Assembly (NCBI GenBank): GCA_951406725.2 | Contig: OX597827.1 | Span: 66,030,001-66,094,000 of the forward strand | From: Octopus vulgaris | Taxonomy: Eukaryota | Direction: 5' to 3' | DNA length: 64,000 nt | Part shown: positions 13,828 through 28,296 of the stretch, piece by piece | How positions within the stretch are numbered: position 1 is the first letter of the stretch | Layout: each line of letters begins with the position of its first letter | Notes under the pieces: generated by a model | Database searches by the model: none | The model's input: the letters and a program-made list of their open reading frames with translations, nothing else | Told to the model about the DNA's origin: nothing | Made by a program: the position numbers and the translations under genes

Positions 13828-14546
13828 GTTTGACTTTTGCTTTATATTTGTACAAGTTGGCTCCAAGTCTCACCCAGAGACCTCAAGAGACAACAGGTTG
13901 GAAGTTCACGTTGTTGTTATGCCTATTGTGCCATATATTTGGTTTTTTTTTTTTGTGTTATACTAGTGGATGTCTAAAAAAAAATGTTTGTTTTAAACCT
14001 TGAGATTACATAGAAAGTAGTTTGCGTAGGATATGAGCAGTTCCCATGTGCACTATCTTTTGAATTTCTGCCATTTTGGGGTTTCCTGGTATCTGAGTTA
14101 GGTAGCAATCGGCCTCTTTTGCTATCATTCCCAGGGCACCTATGACAACAGGTATTGTTTTAGTCTTCAGGTTACACATTTTGCTGATTTCTATTTCAAA
14201 ATCTTTATATTTGCTCAGTTTTTGGTAGGTCTTGACAGATACGTTTATATCGATTGGGACAGTCATATCAATAAGGAGGCATGTTCTTTGCCTGAAGTCT
14301 TTCAATATGATGTCTGGCATATTTGCATCTATCTTTCTGTCAGTTTGAATGGGGAAGTTCCCGAGGAGTGAGAGGTGGTCATTTTTAAGCACTGGGGGTG
14401 GTTTGTGTTCCCACCAGTTTTTTTTCATGGAGAAAATCCAGGTTTTTGCAGATTACCCAGTGAATATATTGTGCAGCTCTATCATGCCTGTTGAGATACT
14501 CTGTAGGCGCTAGAAGACTGCACTTTGAGACAACATGATCAATGGT
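13826..14546 (-). mobile_element. 5'-truncated Dong/R4-type non-LTR retrotransposon (CCHC remnant + restriction-like endonuclease), frameshifted
   Basis: TIDHVVSKC..YLNRHDRAAQYIHW, then PDIIL..LLIDMTVP..KLSKYKD..IPVVIGALG; (TAA)n on both sides. Confidence 0.88.
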
Positions 14547-14568
14547 TATTATAATAATAATAATAATA

Positions 14569-14612
<44 letters not shown>

Positions 14613-15222
14613 CAATGCTGTTGCTGTTGTTACTGCCGTTATTTCTATTAGTAGCGACGGTGCAGAAGCGTTGAAGTGCTTCTAATATATTCTGCCTTCG
14701 AATGTCGCTCCGGTCAACTTAACCTTTACCTTTTCAATTCAATATAACTAGATGATATCGTGAAACACAGTGCGTTCAGAAATTGAAATTGCTGGATGGT
14801 CTCAGCTCCAATCCTCATTCTAAATGTGCTACTCTTGTGCAGATATGGAAAGCAATCACAAAGAGAGCTGCTGTTGATAAAACTTTCCCTGAATGCAAGG
14901 TATACATCATCCGCAAATGGAAGTAGAAATGTTTAAAAAGCGACTTTAGAGAAACAAAATAATAACTCTTACTTGCAAATGAACTTCAGTTTTATCTTTG
15001 GAATATAAATTTTAGAATATGCTTTATTTCATTAGAAAATATAAAAATCTAATTTGGTAGAGATAAAAACCAAATCTGTGAAGTATTCGAAGATGAAAAG
15101 AAATATAATACCATTAAGGTGTGTGAGTTTTCCAACAATGAAAGGCAATAGTTTTTACACAGTATCTCGAATCCGATATATCTACGTATACACACATAGG
15201 TATATATATATATATATATATA

Positions 15223-15267
<45 letters not shown>

Positions 15268-16413
15268 GTATGTATATACATAAACATATAAATATCTATG
15301 TCTATATCTATATCTATCTATATATATATATACATATACATATATATATATATATATTTACATTTGTGTATGTATGTGCTTGTTTATTCTTGTATGTATG
15401 TTTAAATGTGGTTGTTTGAAAGAGATAGAGAGGGAATGAACGTAAGGAATTTAAAAAAAAAACTAGAGTGAGCAAGCAAAAGAAGACACAACTGTGTTTC
15501 GCAACAGGTGTTGTGTGAAGCATAAATACGATTATAGACAAAAAAATAACGTACATAGAGATGAGCTCAGCAGACAGCAATGCGGTGTAAAGCATATATT
15601 CTTTTAAGTGAATCGTATATCACGCATGCAGTTAAATCTACTGAATTTAAAGTAAGCTATAGAAAGAATATCTTCTTTTATGTAAGAAACTTTTAAAACG
15701 ATATTGTTTACGTTTATCACATACTAATGCGGCAGAGGGAATATCTGAAACAAAGAAACGAATATACTGATATTCCCTAGTGAGATGATAGCTAAGCAAA
15801 AAAATAAATATCTGGCGAATAGAGACACACATGATTTGCTGTATCGACTAATGCATTGGATGCTGTTATATATCGCTGGATACGATGTACTTACTCGTTT
15901 TTCTTTATCTTTCCAGTGATTCCAGCCTCTGGTTTCGTAGACGGAAATCGAGTCCATCGCAGAATCACCTGTTTTCAGTTGCATGTACTGACACAATGTG
16001 AAGTATTTTACTTAGGAACACAAGGCTCCGCTGTTGTGTGAATTGCAACCGCCATCCATCTCGCATTCGTGAGTGCAACACTCTAACTACAGAATTCTCA
16101 AACATCATGACAGCCAAATTCATTGACCTCAAAATTTTCAACGATTTTGGAAACTTATCGAAACGTTTCGAAACATAAGCACGTATTAAAAAATAAAGTT
16201 CAACTCTGAGGTTTAATCTTAACAATTGCACGTCTCAAATATATACTGGTGCCTTATGGCCGTCCCCACTTTCATTCTTTCGGGGTCACTAAAACAATGT
16301 AGCAATTAAGCACTTCGATCTATGTTACAGACGAACCCTCTTCCTGTAAAATTCTTTTGAATTGTGACAAGATTTAGAAAGAAGTATTATTGTTACTACA
16401 GTTGTATATGAGA

Positions 16414-16479
<66 letters not shown>

Positions 16480-17163
16480 ACAACCACCACCACACCACCA
16501 CCACCACACCACCACTACCGCCGCCGCCAACCCCACCACTACTAACACTATTACTACTAGTAGTGTTAATATTAGTATTAGTAGTAGGAGGAGGAGTAAT
16601 AGTAGTAGTAGCAGTGTTATTAGTAATGGTGGTTCTCGTGGTTGTAGTATTAATTGAAAGATTAGTATTATCTAAGTACATGTTAATTAATAAAACGGAA
16701 AAGAATAGAAAGCAATAATGGAGAGACAGAACAAAACGTTCCTTGCGATTAAAAAGGTAAAGCTAACGGAAAAAGAACAAAAAAGAATTAAAATAAAAAA
16801 GAAAAAAAAAAACAAAATTCTCGTCTTTTTCTAATAATGAATGAATGATTTGGATACGAAAATGGAAAACTGAATGGAATGAAATAGCGAAAATAAAATG
16901 ATATATAAAAAAATGAATGCATAAAATTGTCTTAATAAAAGACTTACAAAAATATATGAAGATTAAAAAACACACACATAGAAGCACACACTCATTGTAT
17001 AAGCACACATACATATCTAACATAGAGATATGTACAAGTGCATGTATGTACGTATGTATGTATGCATGTATATATATATATATATAAATAAATATATATA
17101 TATATATATTTCTTCCTCTATCTGAGTATATTATATATATATATCTTCCTTTCTGTGTGTATA

Positions 17164-17221
<58 letters not shown>

Positions 17222-17893
17222 TACATACATACATACATGCATATATATATATACACACATGTATATATATGAATATATATACGGATTTATGTATACATAC
17301 ATCTGTATATATACGTATATGTATGTGCATATATATATATATGTATTTATATATATGTGTGTGTGTGTGTGTGTTTGTGTGTGTGTATATGTATTTATAT
17401 GTATGTATATATATGTAGATATATACACATATGCATGTATATGTGTGTGTGTATGTACGTATGTGCGTGCGCGTGAGTGCGCGTGAGTGCGCGAATGCGT
17501 AACGAAAGATTAAGAAAATGGATTTTCTGATACCATAAAATGTCTAAGACAGACAAGATGTTATATTTTTGGTTGTATAATCTCCATACAACCGGATATT
17601 AAGTCTGTGGAAATTCTATAAAATTTACCAAGGAATTTTCATGTTTTTGAAATTGTGCATCTTTATTTGCGTGACGCTTTAAGCGGCACTAATTTTATCT
17701 GCCTTTTCGGTATTCGTGTTTGTAGTTTGTCGGCTGGTGCGGCGAATGTATGTGTGTTAATGTGTGTGTTAGTTTGCAATTAGTTTAGAATAAAATGCAA
17801 TACCCAAATACCGCTATAAAAAAATATATATATATACATATGTATACGATATATATATATATATATATATGTATGTTTATATATATGTAGGTT

Positions 17894-17934
<41 letters not shown>

Positions 17935-19273
17935 GTATACATATATATATGTATATATATACGTATATATATGTATGTATATATATGCATGTATATATAT
18001 GCATATATACATATATATATATATGTATATATATATATATGTATGTATATGTATGTATGTATATGTATGTATGTATATGTATATATATGTATATATATAT
18101 ATATATGTATATATATATGTATACATATATATATGCATATATATATACGTATATATATGTATGTATATATATGCATGTATATATATGCATGTATATATAT
18201 GTATATATACATATATATATATGTATGTATTTATATAGCTAACACGTAAGCACAATTTCTATTAACATGGTATATATAAATATATGTATATGAATTGTGT
18301 ATGCGCAGACACATACATAGCTATGCACATGAGCAAGCACAAGCGCGTCTGCCTATGTGTTCTTGCGTGTGTAACGCAAAAATCGGTTCTATTTTACAAT
18401 TGAATTGAAATCAGCATTTACCACTATTTTACGTTCATTATTCATTGAACAAAATATTTTTTTAATGTTTTATTTTTCATTATACATGACAATTTTGCTG
18501 CATATGTTAATATGCATACGTATAAGTGTGTATAAATGTGAGTGGTTTTTTGGGAAACCGATTTATGTTATGCTGTCATTGGTTATGGTCGGCCAGAAAA
18601 ACATTACCATTGATTCCAAAGCTATAATTAACCCTCACAATATAGGTTCCTCATCAAACGTGCAGTTTAGAAACAGATAAACTCTATTAATGGGGATAAA
18701 AATACCGTCTATGCGAGTCTGTAGCTGAAAAAACATCCCGAAATAAAAGTTTTTCAAATGAGGAAAACCACTCTGGGAGAGAAGGAGCAGTTTCACTTTG
18801 AATAGTTTCAACTGTGTTCAAGAAGTGTCAGTTTTTATATGATTTGTGTTTGATTTCTGTTCTTTAGACAGAGAACGGGGAAGCTGATGTTTTCAGTACG
18901 AATTTTCTATGGTGAGTGTACCAACAACATATTTCTGTTTTTGAATTTAAGAAAGCAGCAGAATGAAACGATTTTAGAACGGGGGAGTCCTTTTTCTCTA
19001 TAATATGCGAGGTCTGCATTGTCAGCTGCCGTTAAGGTATAACCCAGGTTCTTCCAAGACCTGTATTTCTTTCCCACTAAATTCTTAACGTTGCACCTCT
19101 GGGATTCTAAAAATGACCTGTGGTTATTTAGTCGGAACTTAGTGTCCTCCGCTTTCCAACTTATTTCCTGGTGTGTGTCCAGACATTGTTGGCTTTGCCG
19201 GTTTTTTTTTGGTGGTACTGCTACAATCGCTGCCGTTTCTGTTTCTGCTGGTGCTGAGAAGCATATTTGAATA

Positions 19274-19329
<56 letters not shown>

Positions 19330-19368
19330 ATATATATTTATATATATATATATATATATACATATATA

Positions 19369-19893
19369 TAAACAAAGATAAATGCGATACAATAAAATTA
19401 ATTATAATCGCCGGTGTACCAGTACACGCCATATATTATACATATATCATTACATTCAAGGCGAAGAGTGCATTAGATACACAATAGCTGGATAAATTTA
19501 GTGAGATGAAAATTAAAAACTTTTACAAACTTAACTTTTCTTATACTGCAGTTTCGCCAAATTCAGTAATAAAAATAGTATTTATTTACTCAGGCTGGCT
19601 CTTCAGTAAGATTCCTGTTAATGATGGGAAGACCATATCAATAGACCCATGTGCGTCTATCGAAATGCTCTTTCTAAACTATTCAAAACACTGCGCAGAC
19701 TCAGAACAAACCCGACAAAATAGGGGATTGTGGTATATCGTCTAACGGTCAGAAATTTATCGAGAGAATATGTAAACAAAGATAAATGCGATACAATAAA
19801 ATTAATTATAATCGCCGGTGTACCAGTACACGCCATATATTATACATATATCATTACATTCAAGGCGAAGAGTGCACTAGATACACAATAGCT

Positions 19894-19898
<5 letters not shown>
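19369..19898 (-). mobile_element. Retrozyme/pLTR-like element: 404-bp unit plus 126-bp terminal redundancy, flanked by (TA)n
   Basis: 19369-19494 is repeated at 19773-19898 with one mismatch; a canonical hammerhead lies inside; no meaningful ORF. Confidence 0.75.
19539..19611 (-). ncRNA. Canonical type I hammerhead ribozyme
   Basis: Minus strand reads TCTTA-CTGAAGA-GCCA..(long hairpin)..TGGC-GAAA-CTGCAG-TA|TAAGA: full core, 5-bp stem I, palindromic stem III (ACTGCAGT), GUA cleavage triplet. Confidence 0.88.
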
Positions 19899-19949
<51 letters not shown>

Positions 19950-20558
19950 GTATATATATATATATATATACATGTATACAAACAAACATATGCGCGTGTG
20001 CCTGTGTACTCAGTAGTACTAAGGTAAGAACGAAATGTAGAATGTAACACGATGAAAATTTAATCGATTCATTTACACCTTCGAAGACTCTGTTTACGTA
20101 AGAAACTTTTTAAACGATAAGAGGCGGCATAAATTGTCCTTTTACACCGTTTTGTAAGCTGGAAATAACCTAGGAAATCATTTCCTATGAGACTGCAAAT
20201 CGGCCGTCTCTCTTTATTCTGTAGCAAGTGTCACTGAAGTATTTTATGAGAGTAAATATCATGATGTACTTTAGCACAGCACCACCACCACTGTCCATTA
20301 ATTAAAACTATTCGGTGTATAATATGTATTTGCTTAGTCTAAAGTTTGAATTAGATACGAGCCATTTTTCTTTCTTTATTGAGATAATATTACTTTCAGA
20401 CAAACATATTGAAATAAACATTTAAGTTCGCATAAATATTACCGTCAGACGGTACTGTTTATGAACGATGTCTTCCGACATCGTGCAGTAAAGTTTTATA
20501 TATATATATATATGTATATGTATATATTATATATATATATATATGTATATGTATATAT

Positions 20559-20642
<84 letters not shown>

Positions 20643-20747
20643 AATATTTTGAGATGATGTACAGGTATTATATATTAGAAGAAATAAGTTATTCAGAAAT
20701 CTGGATGGTTTTATATTTACAGATATTTACTAATATGTCACATGTTT

Positions 20748-20792
20748 TTATAAATCATATTAACACTTGCGTCAACTCCAGTAGAATCGTCA

Positions 20793-20855
<63 letters not shown>

Positions 20856-20902
20856 ATCTGACGATTCTACTGGAGTGGACGCAAGTGTTATATGATTTAT
20901 AA
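20748..20902. repeat. Inverted repeat (~53-bp arms) around a (TA)n spacer
   Basis: TTATAAATCATATTAACACTTGCGTCAACTCCAGTAGAATCGTCAGTTTACAT pairs with ATGTAATCTGACGATTCTACTGGAGTGGACGCAAGTGTTATATGATTTATAA. Confidence 0.9.
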
Positions 20903-22187
20903 TATATATATATATATATATAAATCATATAACTGCCTGTGTATAATTATGCATTACTAGTGTGTGTATATCCATGTTCATTGTGTAATGTTTGAAAATA
21001 CAATGAATTCTTCACACACAGCATTAGAGTCTCCATTCTATTGCCGACACTATGGGCAATTTGAGACAATATGTACTGCAACAATCCATGTCACTCGTTT
21101 CTTACATTAAGACAACGCTTTTATCTTTATATTTAAGTAATTTATGAGTTAATGCCAGCGGGTATTCTAAACTTCATATGAGTAGAGTACCATTTCATAT
21201 TATATTTAAACAATACCGCTGAAGCCTTGGGCTGGATTTGCGAATTCCTATTATATAATTTCCAATCTTTGAATATTCCTTTCATTATATTCATAAACCG
21301 AATTGTAGCATTAATTGTTAATCTCTTCCCTGTTGCTGTGGCTGTATTTTTGTAAGATATAGTCATTGACATAGAAGAAAACTTTTGACACGTCGAATCA
21401 AATAACAAGTTTCATTGTGATCATTCGCTCAGCTTGAATTACAAGCAAGACTTCACCTCTATAAGTAGAGTCTTATATTGGTTTACATGAATCTGATACA
21501 ATTTCTTACAATAAAAATGGACAGTCACTATATGAAAGTATTTCATCAAAGTTGCATTGATTTGCGTGCCTTACAAATTGGTACACTTTCTGCAATTAGT
21601 GGTGTCCAGGAATTCAATGCCAAACATTTAGTGAAGACAGACCGTTGATTTCATTGGGATCAATGCATGGTACACTACGAATACTATATTTTTCTGCTCT
21701 CATTTATGTTGATCATTTATAATTGTATGGTGAAGAAATCGTTGAGACGTGCATCGGTGAACGTTGTAATCAGATTTGTAGAAAAGCAGTAACATTTTAC
21801 ACATATCATTATATACTTGGTAATATAAATATCACAATAAACATTGCATTTTTAGACTATATTTCCTATACACAAATGAACACGGTTGGGATATCATTTT
21901 CTGTGCTGATCAGATGTGACATATTTCGAAATATCAAAAGCAACGACGGTTAAATCACCGGCAATTAAGAATTATCTATCATATAAAATCGTTCTGTCTG
22001 TCTGTGTGTGTGTCTTCTAGGATTTCGGGCATCCTCCATCCAATTGCGCTCATATTCCAGGTGAGAATGCAATCGATTAAGCCGTGGGAAGATGCATTTT
22101 TAGGCGCAAGTACATCAGCTGCTGCGATCGATACTACGTGTACGTGTGAAAACCGTACGTGCAATTTGTGCAAAAAAACCCCGGCTG

Positions 22188-22365
22188 GCTTGAAATAATG
22201 CCACAAAATGCAGTATATTTAAGAGACCAAAAATGTAAGTTGCATAAGAGACACTTTCTTCAAGCTTGGCTTGAAAGCTTGAAATAATGCCACAAAATGC
22301 AGTATATTTAAGAGACCAAAAAAGTAAGATTCATAAGAGACAATTTCTTCAAACTTGGCTTGAAG
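22188..22365. repeat. Tandem duplication of ~89 bp
   Basis: GCTTGAAATAATGCCACAAAATGCAGTATATTTAAGAGACC..CTTGGCTTGAA occurs twice. Confidence 0.9.
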
Positions 22366-23284
22366 GAAGGAAAGACTATTTGATTTCTCAAGAATTTTTT
22401 TTTGTCTTAACTTCGTTTAACAAAACCCAAAATTTTATTGAAATAACGGTATGCTTAATTATTTTTTAATGAAGAGCAAATACTGATTGCTTTTTATTCA
22501 GCAGATATGATTCAGCACCGTCCATTGGACTGGGGGCGTTTTGCTCGTACTTAAGTAAACTTTGATATGCTTCGACAAAAACTCGGCCCACGTTATGTTT
22601 AACTTAGTAACACAACCAATTTTAATTCCGGTTTTGTGGTACCATAGGTCATTCAAACAGAGAGATTTTCTTCATTGATAAAGTACTTCTTGAAGAAGTT
22701 CGTCCAGAAATTGTTTGAAGTTGGTAGGATCATTTTACTTTAATTTGCGTTTGGTTGATGTGACATACACTAGGGCCTGTTGAGCAAAAACATAGATGTT
22801 GCAGTGTATTTATGTCTTGTGAACCATATTTGTATAGGGAGTACGAAATTCTAGAAAATTGCTACCGATAGGAATTGGTATGAATGCTGTAATTCTAGAG
22901 TTAAATGCGTGGCACATAATAAATACAAACATAAAGACATATATAAGACAATTAGATGGAACAGCAATCAAAAATTCCATTTGCTGCTGCGAGGAATTTG
23001 TCGTAATTTATTGGAATATATGAATAATTCACTGATTAATGCATTAAAGCATGCATATATCCTTAATACATGGAACTGTACAACAAATATTTTGCTTTCC
23101 AATTCATTTTTGTGATCAGCAATGCGTACGTTCCTCACAGAATTTAAAATATATATGTTTGGTAGAGCACAATTATAAATAAATATTATTTAATTAGGGA
23201 TTAATAAAATATTTAAATAAGCGGAAATGTCGAAGAACCTAAACGAAAAACACAGATTATATATACATGTATGCGTGTGTGTTT

Positions 23285-23372
<88 letters not shown>

Positions 23373-23490
23373 CAGTTTTTAGGATTAATAGATGTGTGGA
23401 TATTCTGTTTCAGAGTATGCAATAAAATAACACAACGAGTATATTTCTAGGTAAATTCGTGGTATGTATATGTACATCCACAAATAATGG

Positions 23491-23817
23491 TGGCATTCCA
23501 TCGGTTACGACGATGAGGGTTCCAGTTGATCCGATCAACAGAACAGCCCGCTCGTGAAATTAACGTGCAAGTGGCTGAGCAGTCCACGGGCACGTGTAAT
23601 TTTAGCGTGACACAGAGTGTGACAAGACTGGCCCTTTGAAATACAGGTACAACAGAAACAGAAAGAGTACAATAGGATTCTCCACCCCCTACCGGAGCTC
23701 GTGGATCTTTAGGTGTTTTCGCTCAATAAACCCTCACAGCGCCCGGTCTGGGAATCGAAACCGCGATCCTAGAACTGCTAGTCCGCTGCTCTAAGCACTA
23801 AGCCATTGCGCCTCCAT
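23491..23817 (-). mobile_element. tRNA(Arg)-like-head SINE (OR-like), with internal deletions
   Basis: Reverse complement of the 28922-29300 copy. Confidence 0.85.
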
Positions 23818-24014
23818 TTCCAGAAATAATACTAAGCTTGCTTAGTTCCAATATAAACGACTGCTTCTTTTGTTTAAAATGTTGAGAATTTAACAATGTT
23901 ATAAAATTCGTCTTGAGGCGAGTTATTGTTTGTTTAAAGAAGTTTAAATCAGTTAAAAGAATGCTTTAGACAAACACATACACGCACATCCCCTCACATA
24001 GCCATGTCTGTTTG

Positions 24015-24079
<65 letters not shown>

Positions 24080-24447
24080 CCATATATAATCAACATGAAC
24101 AACTTCGGTAATTTGGTACGATCGTTTCATGCTACATCATTTTATTAAATGTTGTAATTATTACAACAGTTTTAAAATGTTGAGAGCAATCATCAGCCAT
24201 TAATAGAGGTTTTCCATTAATACATAATTTTCATATCAATTGATTTACATTATAGAGAAGGTAAAGCTTTGGCAACCTCGTCATTAGATGTACATTCTCT
24301 ACGTTTTTGGAGCTGCGTCCCCATTTATCTGTGCCTCAGCGTGCATGTGTACTTCTGTATGCACATGTATGTAAGTACGTATGTATGTATGCATGAATGT
24401 GTGTATGCAAATATTTATGTATGCCTGAGTTCATATATATGTATGTG

Positions 24448-24486
<39 letters not shown>

Positions 24487-24650
24487 CATATATATTTATA
24501 TATACAATCGTGTATGCACATACAGATATATATATATTTATATATATATATATATATTTATATTCATTTGGATATATATGTATATACAGAGAGGTTATAT
24601 AGAGATACACATATATATTTATATATATATACATGCGTGTATGCACATAC

Positions 24651-24724
<74 letters not shown>

Positions 24725-25087
24725 TCATATGTATATATATGTATATAGAGAGAAGTTATATAGAGATACACATATATGCTCATTTATAGACAAACAAGTA
24801 TATATCTACCTCTTAAGTTTTCCTTATATCTGAAACGAAGAAATCTGCGTTACAAATTTAACTAATTAAATATATTTGTTTACTATCTAAACTTGCTGAG
24901 TGGCAATATAAACGATTGCTTTTATTGTTTGAAATATTAAGAATTTATCAATGTTGTAGAAATACGTCTTAGGGCAAGTTATTGTTTGTTTAAAGAAGTT
25001 TAAATCACTTAAAACAATGCTTTAGACAAATGCACATAACCCACACACTTACACAGTCATGAATACATATATACATACGTGTGTGTG

Positions 25088-25175
<88 letters not shown>

Positions 25176-25271
25176 CAGACGGACATACAGGTATGTATAT
25201 GTGCATGCATGTATGTCTATATCTGGATATGTTTATATCGATAAATATATACATAAATCCACATATATATA

Positions 25272-25329
<58 letters not shown>

Positions 25330-27469
25330 CCCACATACACACGTATATGTATGTATATATACTTATATGTATATAACTCAATCAAATACTCAAATTTAAT
25401 TTATCCGTGCTGGAATAATTTAATTAAGCTAGACCTAATATTGTATATCTCCAAGATTTAGCCACAAGATGTACTTCGTTTCGTATTAAAAATGCACAAG
25501 TGAAATCAAAATGCTAATTTCGAGACGAATTAAAAGTATGGATCGGAGAATTCCATTCATTAGAATGCAATAGATGTATTAACCCCTTTAACATTTCATT
25601 TTGTTTTGTTTTTTAATAGTAGTCCATTGACTCACTTTTATTTATTTTTTTTAAATTGCCGCAAACTGTGTTACGCTAGGAGTAGTACTGTGGCTGATAT
25701 ATTAGCAGTAAATTTTAGGGAAAAGTAATCGGTTTTGAAGTTACACAGTATTGGTTTTTCTGTCAATCAATGCCGACTGCATCAGTAGTCACTATGTTTT
25801 TTATAGGATTTTTTCTTCTCGAAACCTACTTGAAACCTCATGAATCAAATTAAATTCTCGTTGGATTGGAAGAACAGAATTGCACTTTTAGACTTTCTGA
25901 AATAAGTTGTCATTCCATGTTTTTTAAGCCTATAATACTATATTTTCATATCACTCGGAGGTGTAATTTTTACATTCGAAGGAATACTACCATTAATTTC
26001 CTGGTTAGTTTCCTGACGATCAAAAACAGGATTCCGTATAACTTGTCACCGGAAATTATAGCTGAAATGAATGGGGGCGTTCAACACCTATTAATCTTTG
26101 CGTATAAAATCTATCTCAGTATTTGATACGTTTATATTTTGGTAGCCCTGGCTGAGATATTGATGAATTAACGTTCGAACATGTACTATCCTTTGTTTTA
26201 TCATATTTACAATAACTTTACCCGTTATATTTTTTTTTATTAATACTAGTTTGTGATTTAAAGGAGATTTCCTTTCCATTTCTAGCAAATACTCAACCTA
26301 TTAAGTTATGACTCATTATCATTCCAGTTATTTGTTCTTCATTTAGAAATGAATGCCATAAGTTAATCTTGGATGAAACAGTATATCGGTTGAAGAAAGC
26401 ATAGTGTAAACCACTTGTATTTTATCTGATTATATAGAAAATGCGTTTGATGTCTCCTATTAAACGGAACTCCTTTTAAACAAAATTTGCAGCTTAAAAG
26501 AGAAAAATAATTGAAACGGCCATTAATTAGGAACAGACAGCGGCAAATCAGAAGCGGGGGAATTTAATTAATGCTATACCGATATTCTGACATATATATT
26601 GATATTGATATGACAAGCCTCTCTTTCTTTTATGGAAAAACTTTTGACAGTTACGAACCGATCCTTCTATTCACTAGCTCACTAAACGCAATGACGAATT
26701 CCATACTATATCTAATCTCTCTTTTCACTGCATACTGTTACAAATTCGTAGAATAAGCTGATATTCTGGAGTTTTCCCCTGTGTCTTTCATGGCCATACT
26801 TACACATTATGCTCAGCTGATACCGTATATAATGGTGATAAATGAAATGATCAAGATGTTAACTATAAAATATGTTATAGCACTGCTTAATCTATACTGT
26901 ATAGTGTTTAAGATATATAAACGCGAAAGGTTATGTTCACTGTATTGTATAATAGTTATCATTCAAATGCATTTTTAAAAATATGTCATATTGTGGTACG
27001 TATGAAGGAGGGTGTAACAATGGCCCTTTTCCAGGTTTTGTTCCCATTCGTGATGCTTGTTGAAGTATATTTATCATAGCTAGTGACCGTCATAATTCTA
27101 GTGTACATAGTCTTAAGGTGTAAATGCGTACCGTTGTTGTTCACAATACTTTCGTTAACTTGAAATGAAAACCGATCGAAGTAGTTTCTTCTGGTGAAAA
27201 TAGCCGTGTATCGTTTCTTTGTAGCAAGAAAATAGTGAAAATGAGTGCAGGATGGAGCAAGGTTATTGATTATGAGCATATGTGTATGTTGCAGTAAATC
27301 TGAAAAGTGATATTGTGGGGTCTTCGATACGCACTGTGGAAAAGGCAACATTGCAACATAGGGAAGGTAAAAATAACTTGTTTACGGATAATGCGGTTTG
27401 AACATGCTTATAACGGAGTAGCGAAGATATTTCATCTTTTGTCACGTGATTGTCTCTCTCACTAGACTT

Positions 27470-27552
27470 CAACCATGGTAGAGCACCACCTTCAGCAGAT
27501 TTAGTCGAAGTTATCAGCCCAAGAACTTGTTTTTTAAACCCCGGTACGCTTC

Positions 27553-27610
<58 letters not shown>

Positions 27611-27790
27611 CGTGTGGCATTTATGTGTAATAATGCCCTATATACAATATATATATATATAATGAGCCTACCCCAAATCCACTCATATGGATTTCGTCTG
27701 CACAAGCTTTAAGCAGATGTGTTAATGTAGCGAATGTGTCACGCAGTGGGAGTGATCGCGAAACCACGTGTTTGGGAAGCCACACATACA
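27470..27790 (-). mobile_element. Highly degenerate OK-like SINE
   Basis: Remnants GAGCACCACCTT..TTAGTCGA, CAAATCCACTCA and CACGCAGTGGGA in the same order as 41858-42263. Confidence 0.55.
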
Positions 27791-28241
27791 CCTAAAAAAA
27801 TAATCATATATAAATATTAAAATTTTAATTTTATATGCTCAATGACAACCCTGATTATTTTGCTGAAATACGGTTCCGATTAGAGAAGGTCACTAGCTTA
27901 GCTGATATAGTTTTTGTAAAGCTGTGAATATTTGAAAATGATATATTTCTTCTCAAATGCAAAACTGCAGTAAAATCTTCTCATTGTGCCCGCCGTGTTT
28001 AAAATATAAGACTAATTTGATGAAACTTATATCACACAAGAAATGATAGATAACAACAAGAGATGTATATCAGATATGATAAGTTCATCCCTTTCGTCCA
28101 GACATGTCGCAGGAAAAAACAGAACCAAATATCCGATAGGTTTAAATAGAAAGATGGGCATGGGGAGGAAGCGAAAGGTGATTAATATGAGGGGACGATC
28201 ATGGAGTAGAAATAGTAGCAGCAGCAGCAGCAGCAGCAGTA

Positions 28242-28296
<55 letters not shown>

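Noticed and set aside
18907-19270. Minus-strand open frame of about 120 complex codons
   Set aside because: No recognisable motif, and the start lies beyond a microsatellite; possibly a LINE remnant but unsupported.
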